Virus record (IMG/VR): IMGVR_UViG_3300044811_000050
Strand: one strand, 5' to 3'
DNA from: a virus
Length of the DNA: 64,000 nt
A program made the position numbers and the translations under genes. Below the pieces are notes generated by a model. That model was given only the letters and a program-made list of their open reading frames with translations, was not told the DNA's origin and made no database searches. Below are positions 44,537 to 53,222 of the stretch, piece by piece. Every line of letters starts with the position of its first letter. Within the stretch, counting starts at the first letter, position 1.

Positions 44537-45539
44537 TCAGATCAGTCCCCGAGACGTCTTGGACCTTCAGGGTGACCTGGCCGAGCGGCTGGAGGACCCC
44601 ACCAGCTCGCTGTCCACCTACCTGGACCTGGTGGCTCATAACCAGGGTGTCATCCCCGAGGGCAAGCACATCGCAGGTCTGGTGTGCGAGCACCTGATCA
44701 CCGGGCGGGCGTTCCGGGTGGCGCCCAGCATGACCGACGAGCTGATGCGCCGGGCCCTCGACATCGACACGCTGCCGACCGCCGACCGTTTCGGCTTCGA
44801 GATGCGCCCGCCCCGACACCGGGGCTTCGTGGTGTTCGAGGAGCCCATCCGCTACATCGAGGCCCGCTCCCGAGGGCAGGTCATCCACGTCGTGGAGTGG
44901 GGCCTGACGTCGAGCAAGGACGGCACCCGGGGCTATCTGATCACCGCCTGGGGCGACATCAAGCGGGAGATCGACGAGGTGCTGCTGGACCACGGGGCCA
45001 ACCTGGATGACCGGTGGCGCGAGTGGTGGACCCCGGTCAACCATGAGAACAAGTTCGGCCGGTGGGCGCCGGTGATAACCAACTTCCTTTCCTTCGGCGG
45101 TCGGGTCGGCGTGCCCACGCTCAGGATTACCGAGGAGCACGCGGAGATGATCCGTGCCGCTGGCCAGGTGCCCCACTACGACGTCCCGAACTCCGACCGC
45201 TGGTGGGTCGCGCTCTGGCAGCTACTCAACGAGACCGTGGAGGTCGAACACCGCGTCGAGCCCACCACCCCGCACACGCCTCGGTCCGTCCAGGGTCGGG
45301 GCGTGCGACCTGAGGTGACCGTGGTGACCCTGCGCCGGCCCAGCTGCCCGACGCTGCACCCGGGCACCGGTATCAAGCGCACCACCCGCACCTGGGTGGA
45401 GGGTGGCTACGAGCAGACGTTCTGGACGGGCAAGGGCCGCCAGACGCCTGTCCGGCGAACCGTCGCCGGGCATTGGTCGGTGGGTGACGACAGCCTGCCG
45501 ATCAAGAACAGACCGAAAGTTTATGACCTCCGCCGATGA
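44520..45539 (+). CDS. Hypothetical phage protein
   Basis: Long ORF; VTVVTLRR..WVEG..VAGHW C-terminal pattern; start may be GTG 44529. Confidence 0.7.
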   Translation: MPPVADQISPRDVLDLQGDLAERLEDPTSSLSTYLDLVAHNQGVIPEGKHIAGLVCEHLITGRAFRVAPSMTDELMRRALDIDTLPTADRFGFEMRPPRHRGFVVFEEPIRYIEARSRGQVIHVVEWGLTSSKDGTRGYLITAWGDIKREIDEVLLDHGANLDDRWREWWTPVNHENKFGRWAPVITNFLSFGGRVGVPTLRITEEHAEMIRAAGQVPHYDVPNSDRWWVALWQLLNETVEVEHRVEPTTPHTPRSVQGRGVRPEVTVVTLRRPSCPTLHPGTGIKRTTRTWVEGGYEQTFWTGKGRQTPVRRTVAGHWSVGDDSLPIKNRPKVYDLRR

Positions 45540-46111
45540 GTAAGGACGTGATTCCGATGGGCCGACCGGTCCGTGAACTGCCGGAGCAGGCTGTGCTGGA
45601 GCTGCGCCGGCTGTATGCGATGGACGAGACCCATCTGCTGGATGCGTATCTCCGGGCCCTGGCCGAGGCCGGCTGGGGCTATCAACCATCAGCCACGGTG
45701 CTGGGGGTGGCCCGCCAGACCATCCACCAGCGCGTCCTGAGGGGCTCGTTGGAGTGCGAGGGGCTGCCCGAGGTCCCCGCGCTACCCACCCGACCTGAGC
45801 GGCCCGCACCGCCCACTCTGAGCCGAGAACAGGTCAAGCGGTTGCGGGCGCTTCAGGCTAAGGCGGTCAAGCTGAAGGGCCACCACAAACCCGACGATCC
45901 CCGGCGGCAGGCCTCGGAGGAGCTGAGCCGCTTCATCGACGAGCTGACCCGAGTGGAGATCAGTTACAAGGAGATCGGCGCGGCCATCGGGGTCCAGCCG
46001 ATGACGGTGCGGGCCCGGCTGAAGCGCCATGGTTACCGATTGACCAATCCCACGCTCAAGCCCTACGGAGGGCACCGACCACAGGAGGCCACCAATGCCC
46101 ACGCGTCGTGA
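45536..46111 (+). CDS. Tandem-HTH DNA-binding protein
   Basis: GWGYQPSATVLGVARQTIHQRV and ISYKEIGAAIGVQPMTVRARLKRHG. Confidence 0.75.
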   Translation: MSKDVIPMGRPVRELPEQAVLELRRLYAMDETHLLDAYLRALAEAGWGYQPSATVLGVARQTIHQRVLRGSLECEGLPEVPALPTRPERPAPPTLSREQVKRLRALQAKAVKLKGHHKPDDPRRQASEELSRFIDELTRVEISYKEIGAAIGVQPMTVRARLKRHGYRLTNPTLKPYGGHRPQEATNAHAS

Positions 46112-46337
46112 ATTCCCGCTCGACCGCAGCGCTATGTTCAGCGCCCTGCTGGAGCTGAGCCCGAAGTACGGGAAGCTCGACAGCAAGGTGGGCGAGCGGA
46201 TCACCACCGAGGCCCTGGCGGCCTGGCGGGACACGACCGGCGGCAACATGTTCGACTTCGCCAAGGAGTGGATCAAGACCGAGCGCAAGGACCTGCTGCC
46301 GCTGCACACCGGGAGGCCCTGGTCGAATCGCCCCTGA
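46095..46337 (+). CDS. Hypothetical protein
   Basis: AGGAGG RBS; stop codon lies within next repeat. Confidence 0.7.
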   Translation: MPTRREFPLDRSAMFSALLELSPKYGKLDSKVGERITTEALAAWRDTTGGNMFDFAKEWIKTERKDLLPLHTGRPWSNRP

Positions 46338-46375
46338 CGAAAACCCTTGGTGATGTCAGGCTGGTCGTGTAGATT
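46334..46375 (+). promoter_or_regulatory. Repeat promoter/operator element
   Basis: CTGAC-GAAAACCCTTGGTGAT-GTCAG-N10-TAGATT. Confidence 0.85.
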
Positions 46376-46413
46376 GGTCCTTGCAACACCGAATCCGAAC
46401 CGGAGGATTGATC

Positions 46414-46965
46414 ATGGGCTGGATCACCATGCACCGCGACAAGGGCCAGAGCAACGACGAGTTCTTCCGCGCCGAGTTCCCGAACACGCTGGGACGCGAC
46501 GGCGAGATCCTCGCCTCGTCCACCATCAAGGGTGTCTACTACGCCGCCGTGCGCACCCACGAGACAGGCCAGGTCTGGGCGTTCATCGCCCTCACTTCTC
46601 GGGCACCGCGTAGCCACCACAACTTCGGCTACAAGGACCAGGACGAGACCATGGGCATCGGCGATTACGACGCCCCGGCCAAGGTCCTGGATCTGCTCAC
46701 CGAGACCGACAACGAGTACGCCCTGGAGTGGCGCGCCGCGTGCCGCAAGCGGGCCGCCACCAAGGCCGCGCTGCCGAAGCTGAAGACCGGCGACCGGATC
46801 CGGCTGCCCCGGGGCGCGACGTTCATCGTCGGCGGCGCCCGGGTGGACGCCTTCGAATTCGAGTTCTGCCACCACAGCACGTTCCGGGCGCATGTCGAGG
46901 GGCACAGCTTCCTGGTCCGGCTGCCCAACTGGAAGACCAGCGGCGTCGAGCTGGTGACGGCCTGA
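46414..46965 (+). CDS. DUF6927-like protein
   Basis: MGW.., VYYAAVR, FGYKDQDETMG..DAPAKVLDLLT..YALEWRAACR. Confidence 0.75.
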   Translation: MGWITMHRDKGQSNDEFFRAEFPNTLGRDGEILASSTIKGVYYAAVRTHETGQVWAFIALTSRAPRSHHNFGYKDQDETMGIGDYDAPAKVLDLLTETDNEYALEWRAACRKRAATKAALPKLKTGDRIRLPRGATFIVGGARVDAFEFEFCHHSTFRAHVEGHSFLVRLPNWKTSGVELVTA

Positions 46966-47216
46966 TGGACCGGGACTACGACGAGATCGTCCGGGTGGAT
47001 GCCAACGGGGTGGGCATCACCCGCCGCGACTGCCCGGCGGTTGACTTCCCGGTAGACACCCGTGTGGAGCTAGCCGGCGTGGCGCAGGTCCTGGGTACCG
47101 TGGTCGGCCCGCTCTCCAGGCCCCCGCACGGACTCCGCTTCTACGTGCTGGTCCGGTGGGACATCGACCCCGAGAACATCACGTGGCAACACGTGGACGG
47201 GCTCCGCACCATCTGA
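46965..47216 (+). CDS. Small SH3-like protein
   Basis: TGATG coupling; FPVDTRV..GTVVG..VLVRWD. Confidence 0.6.
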   Translation: MDRDYDEIVRVDANGVGITRRDCPAVDFPVDTRVELAGVAQVLGTVVGPLSRPPHGLRFYVLVRWDIDPENITWQHVDGLRTI

Positions 47217-47232
47217 GGGCGAGGAGATCATC

Positions 47233-47484
47233 TTGAAGACGCAACAGCGGATCGTGGTCGACGGGGTCACCGTGGTGCACGTGGGCCCGTTCGCGCCCGG
47301 CGACCGGGGCTCCCTGGTGGCCACTTACGCGATCACCGCGCGTCCGCCGGAGAACTGCCCGTTCGGCGAGCGGCCCTACTCGACCCACCTGCTGGTCTGG
47401 GACGACATGAACCGGTGGCTGCTGCGCGATGGCCACTACGACCTGACCTTCGAGGCCGCCGAGCAAGACCTGGAGCGCCGCTGA
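47233..47484 (+). CDS. Hypothetical protein
   Basis: GAGGAG RBS; GHYDLTFEAAEQDL. Confidence 0.65.
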   Translation: MKTQQRIVVDGVTVVHVGPFAPGDRGSLVATYAITARPPENCPFGERPYSTHLLVWDDMNRWLLRDGHYDLTFEAAEQDLERR

Positions 47485-47741
47485 TGGGCAGCCTGTACCT
47501 GGTGGGCGGGGTGTCCGTGCCGGCGGCCATCACCTGGTTTGCCTTCAGGGAGGTCACCGTGAAGGTCGACTCACCGCCGCTGCCCCGGGAGAGGTTGGCC
47601 CGAGGTGGTCCGTTCGGGGCTCGACTGACCGAAGAGGACGGCACGATGCACCAGGGCCAGGCCTTCCTCACCCACTCCGAGATCACCCCCGAGCGGGAGC
47701 GCTACACGCTGCTGGTCATGGTCCAGGGATGGGAACCCTGA
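47484..47741 (+). CDS. Hypothetical protein
   Basis: TGATG coupling at both ends. Confidence 0.55.
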   Translation: MGSLYLVGGVSVPAAITWFAFREVTVKVDSPPLPRERLARGGPFGARLTEEDGTMHQGQAFLTHSEITPERERYTLLVMVQGWEP

Positions 47742-48505
47742 TGGCTATCCCCTGCAAGGACCGGGCCCGGCACCGCCCCACCGCGTGGGCGGTGCTCGAT
47801 CGCAACTGGTGCCGAGAGAGCAGCTATAGCCAGGGCTGGCCCACCCCGGGCGCGCACACCCTGGCTTGCTCGGTTTGCCATGTGGCGTGGCGCTCACGGG
47901 CCAAGTACGCGGACGAGCTGCCCACCGTCGAGGATGCCAACCCCATCGCGCGGAGGATCGCTGAGCTGGTCGAGGAGTACCCCCGGCTGGTCGAGCTGAC
48001 CTACTGGAACCAGCCGGCCGCGTTGGCCGGAGCCAACCCGTTCCTGCGCAGCGTCGGCACGCGGCTCACCTCCGGGAGCACGCTGAGCGGCAAGCAGATC
48101 CTCGTCGCGGACAAGATCATCGACGGCTGGGTGTGGCAGCTCAACGAGGCGGCCGAGCAGGCGGCGGTCATGCGGGCCCGCAGAGAGGCCCTGGGAGAGC
48201 GCCTGGCGCCCGTGGGCCCGCAGGTGGTCGTTGGCACCGTGGAGAAGGTCTGGACGCCGGAGCGGCACGCTGACGCTCTGGTGGACCCCCTGCCGAGGAT
48301 GGAGCTGCGCGCCGATCAGGGCTTCACCGTGGAGGTGACCGTGCCCAAGGTGCTGCGGCAGGCGCTCAAGCCGAGCCGGCTGGTGGGCCGGCGGGTGGAG
48401 CTGCACGCCAAGCTGAAACGCAATCCGGATGATTGGACGATGGCCTGGGGCAGCAACCCGTTGCAGAGGACCGCGCTGCTACCCAGCAACGCCGCTTTGC
48501 TATGA
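47741..48505 (+). CDS. Hypothetical protein with C-terminal OB-like domain
   Basis: CSVC motif; TLSGKQI; VVGTVEKV. Confidence 0.65.
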   Translation: MAIPCKDRARHRPTAWAVLDRNWCRESSYSQGWPTPGAHTLACSVCHVAWRSRAKYADELPTVEDANPIARRIAELVEEYPRLVELTYWNQPAALAGANPFLRSVGTRLTSGSTLSGKQILVADKIIDGWVWQLNEAAEQAAVMRARREALGERLAPVGPQVVVGTVEKVWTPERHADALVDPLPRMELRADQGFTVEVTVPKVLRQALKPSRLVGRRVELHAKLKRNPDDWTMAWGSNPLQRTALLPSNAALL

Positions 48506-48611
48506 TCAGTTCGCTCGAATCGGCCATGCGCTCCCCGCGTTCATGTTCCGTGCGCTGAGAGCAGCCGTGTGGGTCAGATGCCCACACCCCGTTTCGTGCC
48601 CCCCGAAAAGC

Positions 48612-48646
48612 GAGCCGGCTCCCAGGAAGGCCCTGGGAGCCGGCTC
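48612..48646 (-). terminator. Intrinsic terminator between convergent genes
   Basis: Perfect 15-bp stem GAGCCGGCTCCCAGG/CCTGGGAGCCGGCTC with short U tract on the minus strand. Confidence 0.75.
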
Positions 48647-48652
48647 TACGTA

Positions 48653-49399
48653 TCAGGACTTGCCGCGTAGCTTGCGCTGGCTGCGGCTGTGCGCGCCCTG
48701 CTTGGCTGCCTTGAGCCACTCCGGGAAGGCCGAGTCGAACAGCAGCGGCGGGAAGTCGTCGTCGACCCGCCGGCCCATCTTCTGGGTCTGCGCGGTGGTG
48801 CGCTCCTGCACCCAGTAGCCGCCCCGGCTCATCGTGAACGGCCGCTTGACCTTGCCCAGGAAATCGAACTGATCACCCTTGGCGGCATTCGGGTTGAACC
48901 AGTTCGCGGTGACGAAGTTGGACACCGAGATCTTCTGGCCGCCCACCGCGATGTCGTAGCTGTCGGACTGCACCGGGTCGCCCACCTCCCAGGCCACCAG
49001 GAAGCCCCGACCGGAATCCGCCCAGCCCGAGCAGAATTCGTCGCAGAACATCTCCAGCACCTCGTGGGAAATGACGCTGGAGGCGGACAGCTGGCCGGTC
49101 AACTTCCCGCCGCCGTTGTCCAGCACGGGCTTCACCGAGGACACCCCGTAGATGTGGTCGTTGGCCTCGGAGGTGTGCCAGCCCAGCGCCTGCGGATCGT
49201 CCTGGACATCCACCACGTCGATCACCTTGGTGTTCTTCTGGGGAGTCTTGGTGAACACCACGGGGACCGGGGCGTAGCCGGTCAGCGGAGCGCAGTCCCG
49301 GGAGATCTGAAGGGCGCAGGCATTGGCCACCAGCTGCACCTCGGCATCGGCCATCAACTTGCTGTGATTGGTCAGGTAGATCGTCGGATCCATGGGCAT
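48653..49399 (-). CDS. Putative zinc metallopeptidase-like protein
   Basis: ALGWHT, SHEVLEMFCD, WEVGDPVQ; GC3-rich on minus strand; own terminator. Confidence 0.7.
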   Translation of the reverse strand: MPMDPTIYLTNHSKLMADAEVQLVANACALQISRDCAPLTGYAPVPVVFTKTPQKNTKVIDVVDVQDDPQALGWHTSEANDHIYGVSSVKPVLDNGGGKLTGQLSASSVISHEVLEMFCDEFCSGWADSGRGFLVAWEVGDPVQSDSYDIAVGGQKISVSNFVTANWFNPNAAKGDQFDFLGKVKRPFTMSRGGYWVQERTTAQTQKMGRRVDDDFPPLLFDSAFPEWLKAAKQGAHSRSQRKLRGKS

Positions 49400-49484
49400 C
49401 GGGGAGGCTCCAGGGTCGGGGGATGAACCACCGGGAAGATAACCGGATGATCCTGAGGATGGCCCGCCGGCTGGTCAAAGTCCG

Positions 49485-49526
49485 TTGACGAAAACCCTTG
49501 GCCCTGTCAGGGTGCTCGTGTAATGT
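49485..49526 (+). promoter_or_regulatory. Repeat promoter/operator element
   Basis: TTGAC-GAAAACCCTTGGCCCT-GTCAG-N10-TAATGT. Confidence 0.85.
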
Positions 49527-49532
49527 GAGCCC

Positions 49533-49681
49533 TGTTCGGAAAACTCCACAGAGCGAAGCCGCAGCATGGCCGTGAGCGTCAGACACCCTGAGGGGCCAAC
49601 CTGGCAATGCTCGGGAAGACGTGGCCGACATACCGGAATCACACCCCCTGCTCCCGCTTAGCTCTTGGAGTTTTCCGAACA
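49533..49681 (+). ncRNA. Candidate ~150-nt structured RNA beginning at predicted +1
   Basis: Perfect 16-bp terminal stem TGTTCGGAAAACTCCA/TGGAGTTTTCCGAACA plus nested stems. Confidence 0.6.
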
Positions 49682-49711
49682 CCTGAGTCCGAACCGCACC
49701 GGAGGTTCCCC

Positions 49712-50653
49712 GTGAACGTCACCACCGCTTCCCCCGCCGAGATCGACACCGAGATCTACCGGCTGGAGGTCGAGCTGGGCCGCGCGAGCGTCAGCGTGGA
49801 CAGCGCCCGCGACATCGTGCGCAGGGCCATCGGCCAGGAGGTCACCCGCGAGCGCAGCATCGTCCGAGGCCGCAGCCAGCACCGCGAGGTGTGGCCGACC
49901 AGCTGGGTCACGGCCGAGCAGACCGCCCGCGAGCTGGACCCGGCCACCGAGTCCGCCGACTGGCGCCTGGTGCACTACAGCGGCGTCAAGACCGTCGGTG
50001 CCGCGCTGGCCGCCCTGGACGCCCTGGAGGCCAAGCGGACCGAGCTGCGCGCCGCGCTGGCCCCGCTGTACGCCCGCTACAACGCCGAGCGCTGGAGCCG
50101 GGTCTTCCTGGTCACCAACAGCAACGGGCACGTGCACAGCCACACCCGCTGCCGCAACTGCTACGACACCACCACCTACTACTGGGTGACCGAGCTGTCC
50201 GGCGCCACCGACGCCGAGGTTGTCGCCCAGGCCGGCGGCCAGAGCTGCCTCACCTGCTACGACTCGGTCCGCGAGCAGATCGACGCCAACCGGGAGTGCC
50301 GGATCGAGGAGCCGGCCAAGCGCAAGTCCCGCGAGGAGCGCGAAGCCGCCGCCAAGGCCCGTGCCGAGAAGGCCGCCGCCAAGGGCATCACCACCCCGGA
50401 CGGGCAGCCGCTGGTCATCCAGAAGCGGGGTGACCGCCACGGCGAGACGATCAAGACCGCGCGGGCCGCTCAGATCGAGCTGGTGAGCTTGCTCTGGTAC
50501 GCCAAGCACTACGGCGCCAACTCGGCCCAGCCGGAGGCGGTGGCGGCCCTGGAGGCGGCCCTGGCCCACAAGAACGGCACCACGGTGGAGCAGGAGCGCG
50601 AAGCCGCTCAGGTGCGCCTGGCGGCCCGCGAGAAGCGGGAGGCCCGCTACTGA
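49712..50653 (+). CDS. Hypothetical phage protein with zinc motif
   Basis: Leader CCGAACCGCACCGGAGG; WSRVFLVTNSNGHVHSHTRCRNC..CLTC. Confidence 0.75.
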   Translation: MNVTTASPAEIDTEIYRLEVELGRASVSVDSARDIVRRAIGQEVTRERSIVRGRSQHREVWPTSWVTAEQTARELDPATESADWRLVHYSGVKTVGAALAALDALEAKRTELRAALAPLYARYNAERWSRVFLVTNSNGHVHSHTRCRNCYDTTTYYWVTELSGATDAEVVAQAGGQSCLTCYDSVREQIDANRECRIEEPAKRKSREEREAAAKARAEKAAAKGITTPDGQPLVIQKRGDRHGETIKTARAAQIELVSLLWYAKHYGANSAQPEAVAALEAALAHKNGTTVEQEREAAQVRLAAREKREARY

Positions 50654-50741
50654 GAGCGGCAGGCCGGCCGAGCGCCCATGGGAGGTGCTCGACCGGCCTC
50701 GCTAGGTTAAGACAGGTAATGATCAAAAGAAGGAGAGCGCC

Positions 50742-50933
50742 ATGCCGAAGTACCGGGTGGATTTCCTGGACTACCGGAACATGCCTGGCTGGGACCGCAA
50801 GAAGTGGCCAGCGCAGCGAGACCTGATCGTGGAGGTGCAGGCACCGAACATGGAGTCGGCGCGAAGGATCGCATTGGAGCAGGCCCATCACCTCCTGGCG
50901 GACCCTCGCCTCGGTGAACTGAAGCCCGTCTAG
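50742..50933 (+). CDS. Small hypothetical protein
   Basis: AAGGAG RBS; MPKYRV..VEVQAPN..ARRIA. Confidence 0.65.
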   Translation: MPKYRVDFLDYRNMPGWDRKKWPAQRDLIVEVQAPNMESARRIALEQAHHLLADPRLGELKPV

Positions 50934-51015
50934 GACCTGACCGGGGCCGCCCCTCGGGGTGGCCCCGGCCTGTGCGAGTGCCCCCGAGCCGAGTGAAGGA
51001 GTGAAGGGAGCAACC

Positions 51016-51390
51016 ATGGATGCCCCACCGAAAGTGATGATCTCTCTAGGCGAGGCCGTGGCGATCCTGCACGGGATCGCGCTGTTCCCCGGCTTGACCA
51101 TGCCGGGGCTCGCCGAGGCGATGAGCTTCCTGATCCAACGCGAGCTGCGGACCCCCTCGGCGATGCGCGCGGCGATGCCGCTGTGCCGGCGTGTGCTGCT
51201 CGACCAGCACCCCTGGCTGGATCGGATCATCGTGCCGTTCAACCGGCTCGTGCAGGGTGACCAGGTCTACCTGTGGTGCTGGCGCGACGCCGTGGAACAT
51301 CGCCACCGCGAGCACCTGGTCGACGGGAAGAGCCTGGTGGTGGAGACGGTGGACGCCAGCGACGTGGTCTTCGAAGATCTTCTGGATTGA
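51016..51390 (+). CDS. Hypothetical protein
   Basis: AAGGGAG RBS; LLDQHPWL. Confidence 0.65.
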   Translation: MDAPPKVMISLGEAVAILHGIALFPGLTMPGLAEAMSFLIQRELRTPSAMRAAMPLCRRVLLDQHPWLDRIIVPFNRLVQGDQVYLWCWRDAVEHRHREHLVDGKSLVVETVDASDVVFEDLLD

Positions 51391-51391
51391 C

Positions 51392-51433
51392 GTGACGAAA
51401 ACCCTTGGCGCTGTCAGGCTACCCGTGTAATGT
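51392..51433 (+). promoter_or_regulatory. Repeat promoter/operator element
   Basis: GTGAC-GAAAACCCTTGGCGCT-GTCAG-N10-TAATGT. Confidence 0.85.
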
Positions 51434-51474
51434 GAGCCCTGTCAGCAAGACCCGCGCCGAACCGGAGGCACGAG

Positions 51475-52020
51475 ATGAGCACCACCACCCGCCGTCAGAT
51501 TGGTCGCAACACCAACCGCGAGGGCCAGATCGCCAAGGCCATCGAACTGATCGCGGAGATGCGCGAGATCAACCCCGAGTGGGTCGAGGAGCGGCGCGCC
51601 GAGATGAACGGCCGCTGGACCCAGGGCACCTGCACCTTCGAGTACGTCTCCGATCAGATCACCGCGATGATCGACGCCAAGCGGGCCAGCCGCCAGGTCT
51701 CCGCCCACCAGAACGTCCCGATGGTTTCCTCCGGCCGCTACGCCTTCGGCGAGGAGGGCAACGTCAAGTACTACCGGGTGGTCAATGACGGAGGCAGCTA
51801 CAACGTCTTCCGCTACCAGTCCGACACCCAGCACCAGATGACCGCCCCCATCGCCATCCTCAACGTGCTCCGCGCCATCGCCCGGGACACCGAGCCGGTC
51901 GCGGCTTTGCGGTGGGCCACCGGGATGAAGCGCTGCTGGGCCTGCGGCAAGAAGATCCACGACGAGAGCAACCCCTACTACAGCCAGGGTCTCGGACCGG
52001 ATTGCGGCAAGAAGGGCTGA
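51475..52020 (+). CDS. DUF6011-like zinc-finger protein
   Basis: CWACGKKIHD..S..GLGPDCGKK. Confidence 0.7.
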   Translation: MSTTTRRQIGRNTNREGQIAKAIELIAEMREINPEWVEERRAEMNGRWTQGTCTFEYVSDQITAMIDAKRASRQVSAHQNVPMVSSGRYAFGEEGNVKYYRVVNDGGSYNVFRYQSDTQHQMTAPIAILNVLRAIARDTEPVAALRWATGMKRCWACGKKIHDESNPYYSQGLGPDCGKKG

Positions 52021-52176
52021 CGAAAATGCAGGGGAAATGCCCCGGAATGCTCGAAGCCTTGATGGCGACGATCAGGACGGGGCATACTCCTGGGTGTGTT
52101 GACAATCCCCGGCATGACGGGGGTCGGAAACGGGTCCGGAAACATACCAGCACCCCAGGGAGAAGGAGACATTCAG

Positions 52177-52575
52177 GTGCCGATAATTCAACGTACCGAG
52201 AAGCTGGATGACATTGAGTACGGCAAGGGCAACGAGGTCCCGGCCACCGAGGAACGCACCCTCGCGGTCGGCGGCCAGCAGTACCGCACCTACCTGACCG
52301 CCGAGAATGCGAAAACCTTCGACGACGACCTGGCCCGGTGGACCGAGCACGCCGAGAAGGTGTCCACCAGCAAGGCCCGCCGGCAGGGTCACAGCCATGG
52401 CGGGGGTGCTGGGACCAGCAACGTGGCGCGCCGGCCGCAGGACAAGTCCGCCGCCATCCGCGCGTGGGCGATGACGCAGGAGTTCAACCCGCCGGTTTCG
52501 GAACGAGGACGCATCCCGGACAAGGTGGTCCAGGCCTACTACAAGACCTTCCCCGAGGAGCGGGACGCGTCTTGA
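52177..52575 (+). CDS. lsr2: Lsr2-like nucleoid-associated protein
   Basis: DDI..AT..VGGQQY..LTAENA dimerisation domain; IRAWA..VSERGRIPDKVVQAY AT-hook domain. Confidence 0.88.
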   Translation: MPIIQRTEKLDDIEYGKGNEVPATEERTLAVGGQQYRTYLTAENAKTFDDDLARWTEHAEKVSTSKARRQGHSHGGGAGTSNVARRPQDKSAAIRAWAMTQEFNPPVSERGRIPDKVVQAYYKTFPEERDAS

Positions 52576-52650
52576 CACCCGGGGGAGGTGCCAGCCCGGC
52601 ACCTCCCCCACCACCGGCCGCGCCAACGGCCTGACCCGAAGGAGATCACC

Positions 52651-53040
52651 ATGACGAACAAGACCAACGAAGACCTGCTGGCCGAGGTGCTCACCGAGAC
52701 CCGCGCCACCATGGCGCTGAGCGCGGCCGTGGTGCACGCCCAGGGCAAGCTGGACGAGTCCCCGGACGCCTCCGGCGTGATGGTGCAGCCCAGCGCGCTG
52801 CGCGCCCTCCTGGCGGCGCTGAAGGCCCCCGCGCCCCGCGAGCGCTTCGACCCCGAGGTCAAGGACGAGGCGGTGCGCCGGGTTCAGGCGCGCATCGACC
52901 AGATGACGGCGGCCGGCCGGCCCGAGGCCGAGATCAACGAGCTGCGGCAGTTCGGACTCGACGAGCTGGCAGAGATCGACTTCACCGAGGACCCCGAGGT
53001 CTGGGAGATGCTCGACGCGCTGATGTTCGGCGGGCGGTGA
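52651..53040 (+). CDS. Hypothetical acidic protein
   Basis: AAGGAG RBS. Confidence 0.7.
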   Translation: MTNKTNEDLLAEVLTETRATMALSAAVVHAQGKLDESPDASGVMVQPSALRALLAALKAPAPRERFDPEVKDEAVRRVQARIDQMTAAGRPEAEINELRQFGLDELAEIDFTEDPEVWEMLDALMFGGR

Positions 53041-53222
53041 TGGCGCTCGAAGTGATCGTGCACGACAACGTCACCGGGGAGACCAGCGACGTCCAGACCA
53101 TCCCCACCGACGGTTACCTGGTGATCACCGATGGGAATGCCTACGTCTCGTTCCACGCCTCCCATGCCAACGGCACCGAGCAGTTCGTGATCAAGGTCGA
53201 CAAGGAAGAGGCTCCCCGATGA
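53040..53222 (+). CDS. Small hypothetical protein
   Basis: Coupled ORF. Confidence 0.6.
   Translation: MALEVIVHDNVTGETSDVQTIPTDGYLVITDGNAYVSFHASHANGTEQFVIKVDKEEAPR

Noticed and set aside
49533-49681. Retron msr-msd
   Set aside because: The terminal inverted repeat is similar in layout, but no reverse transcriptase is adjacent or anywhere in the window.
40319-51433. Recurrent CTGACGAAAACCCTTGG..GTCAG repeats as a CRISPR array
   Set aside because: Copies are 0.4-3 kb apart, separated by whole genes, imperfect, and have -35/-10 geometry; there are no constant-length spacers.
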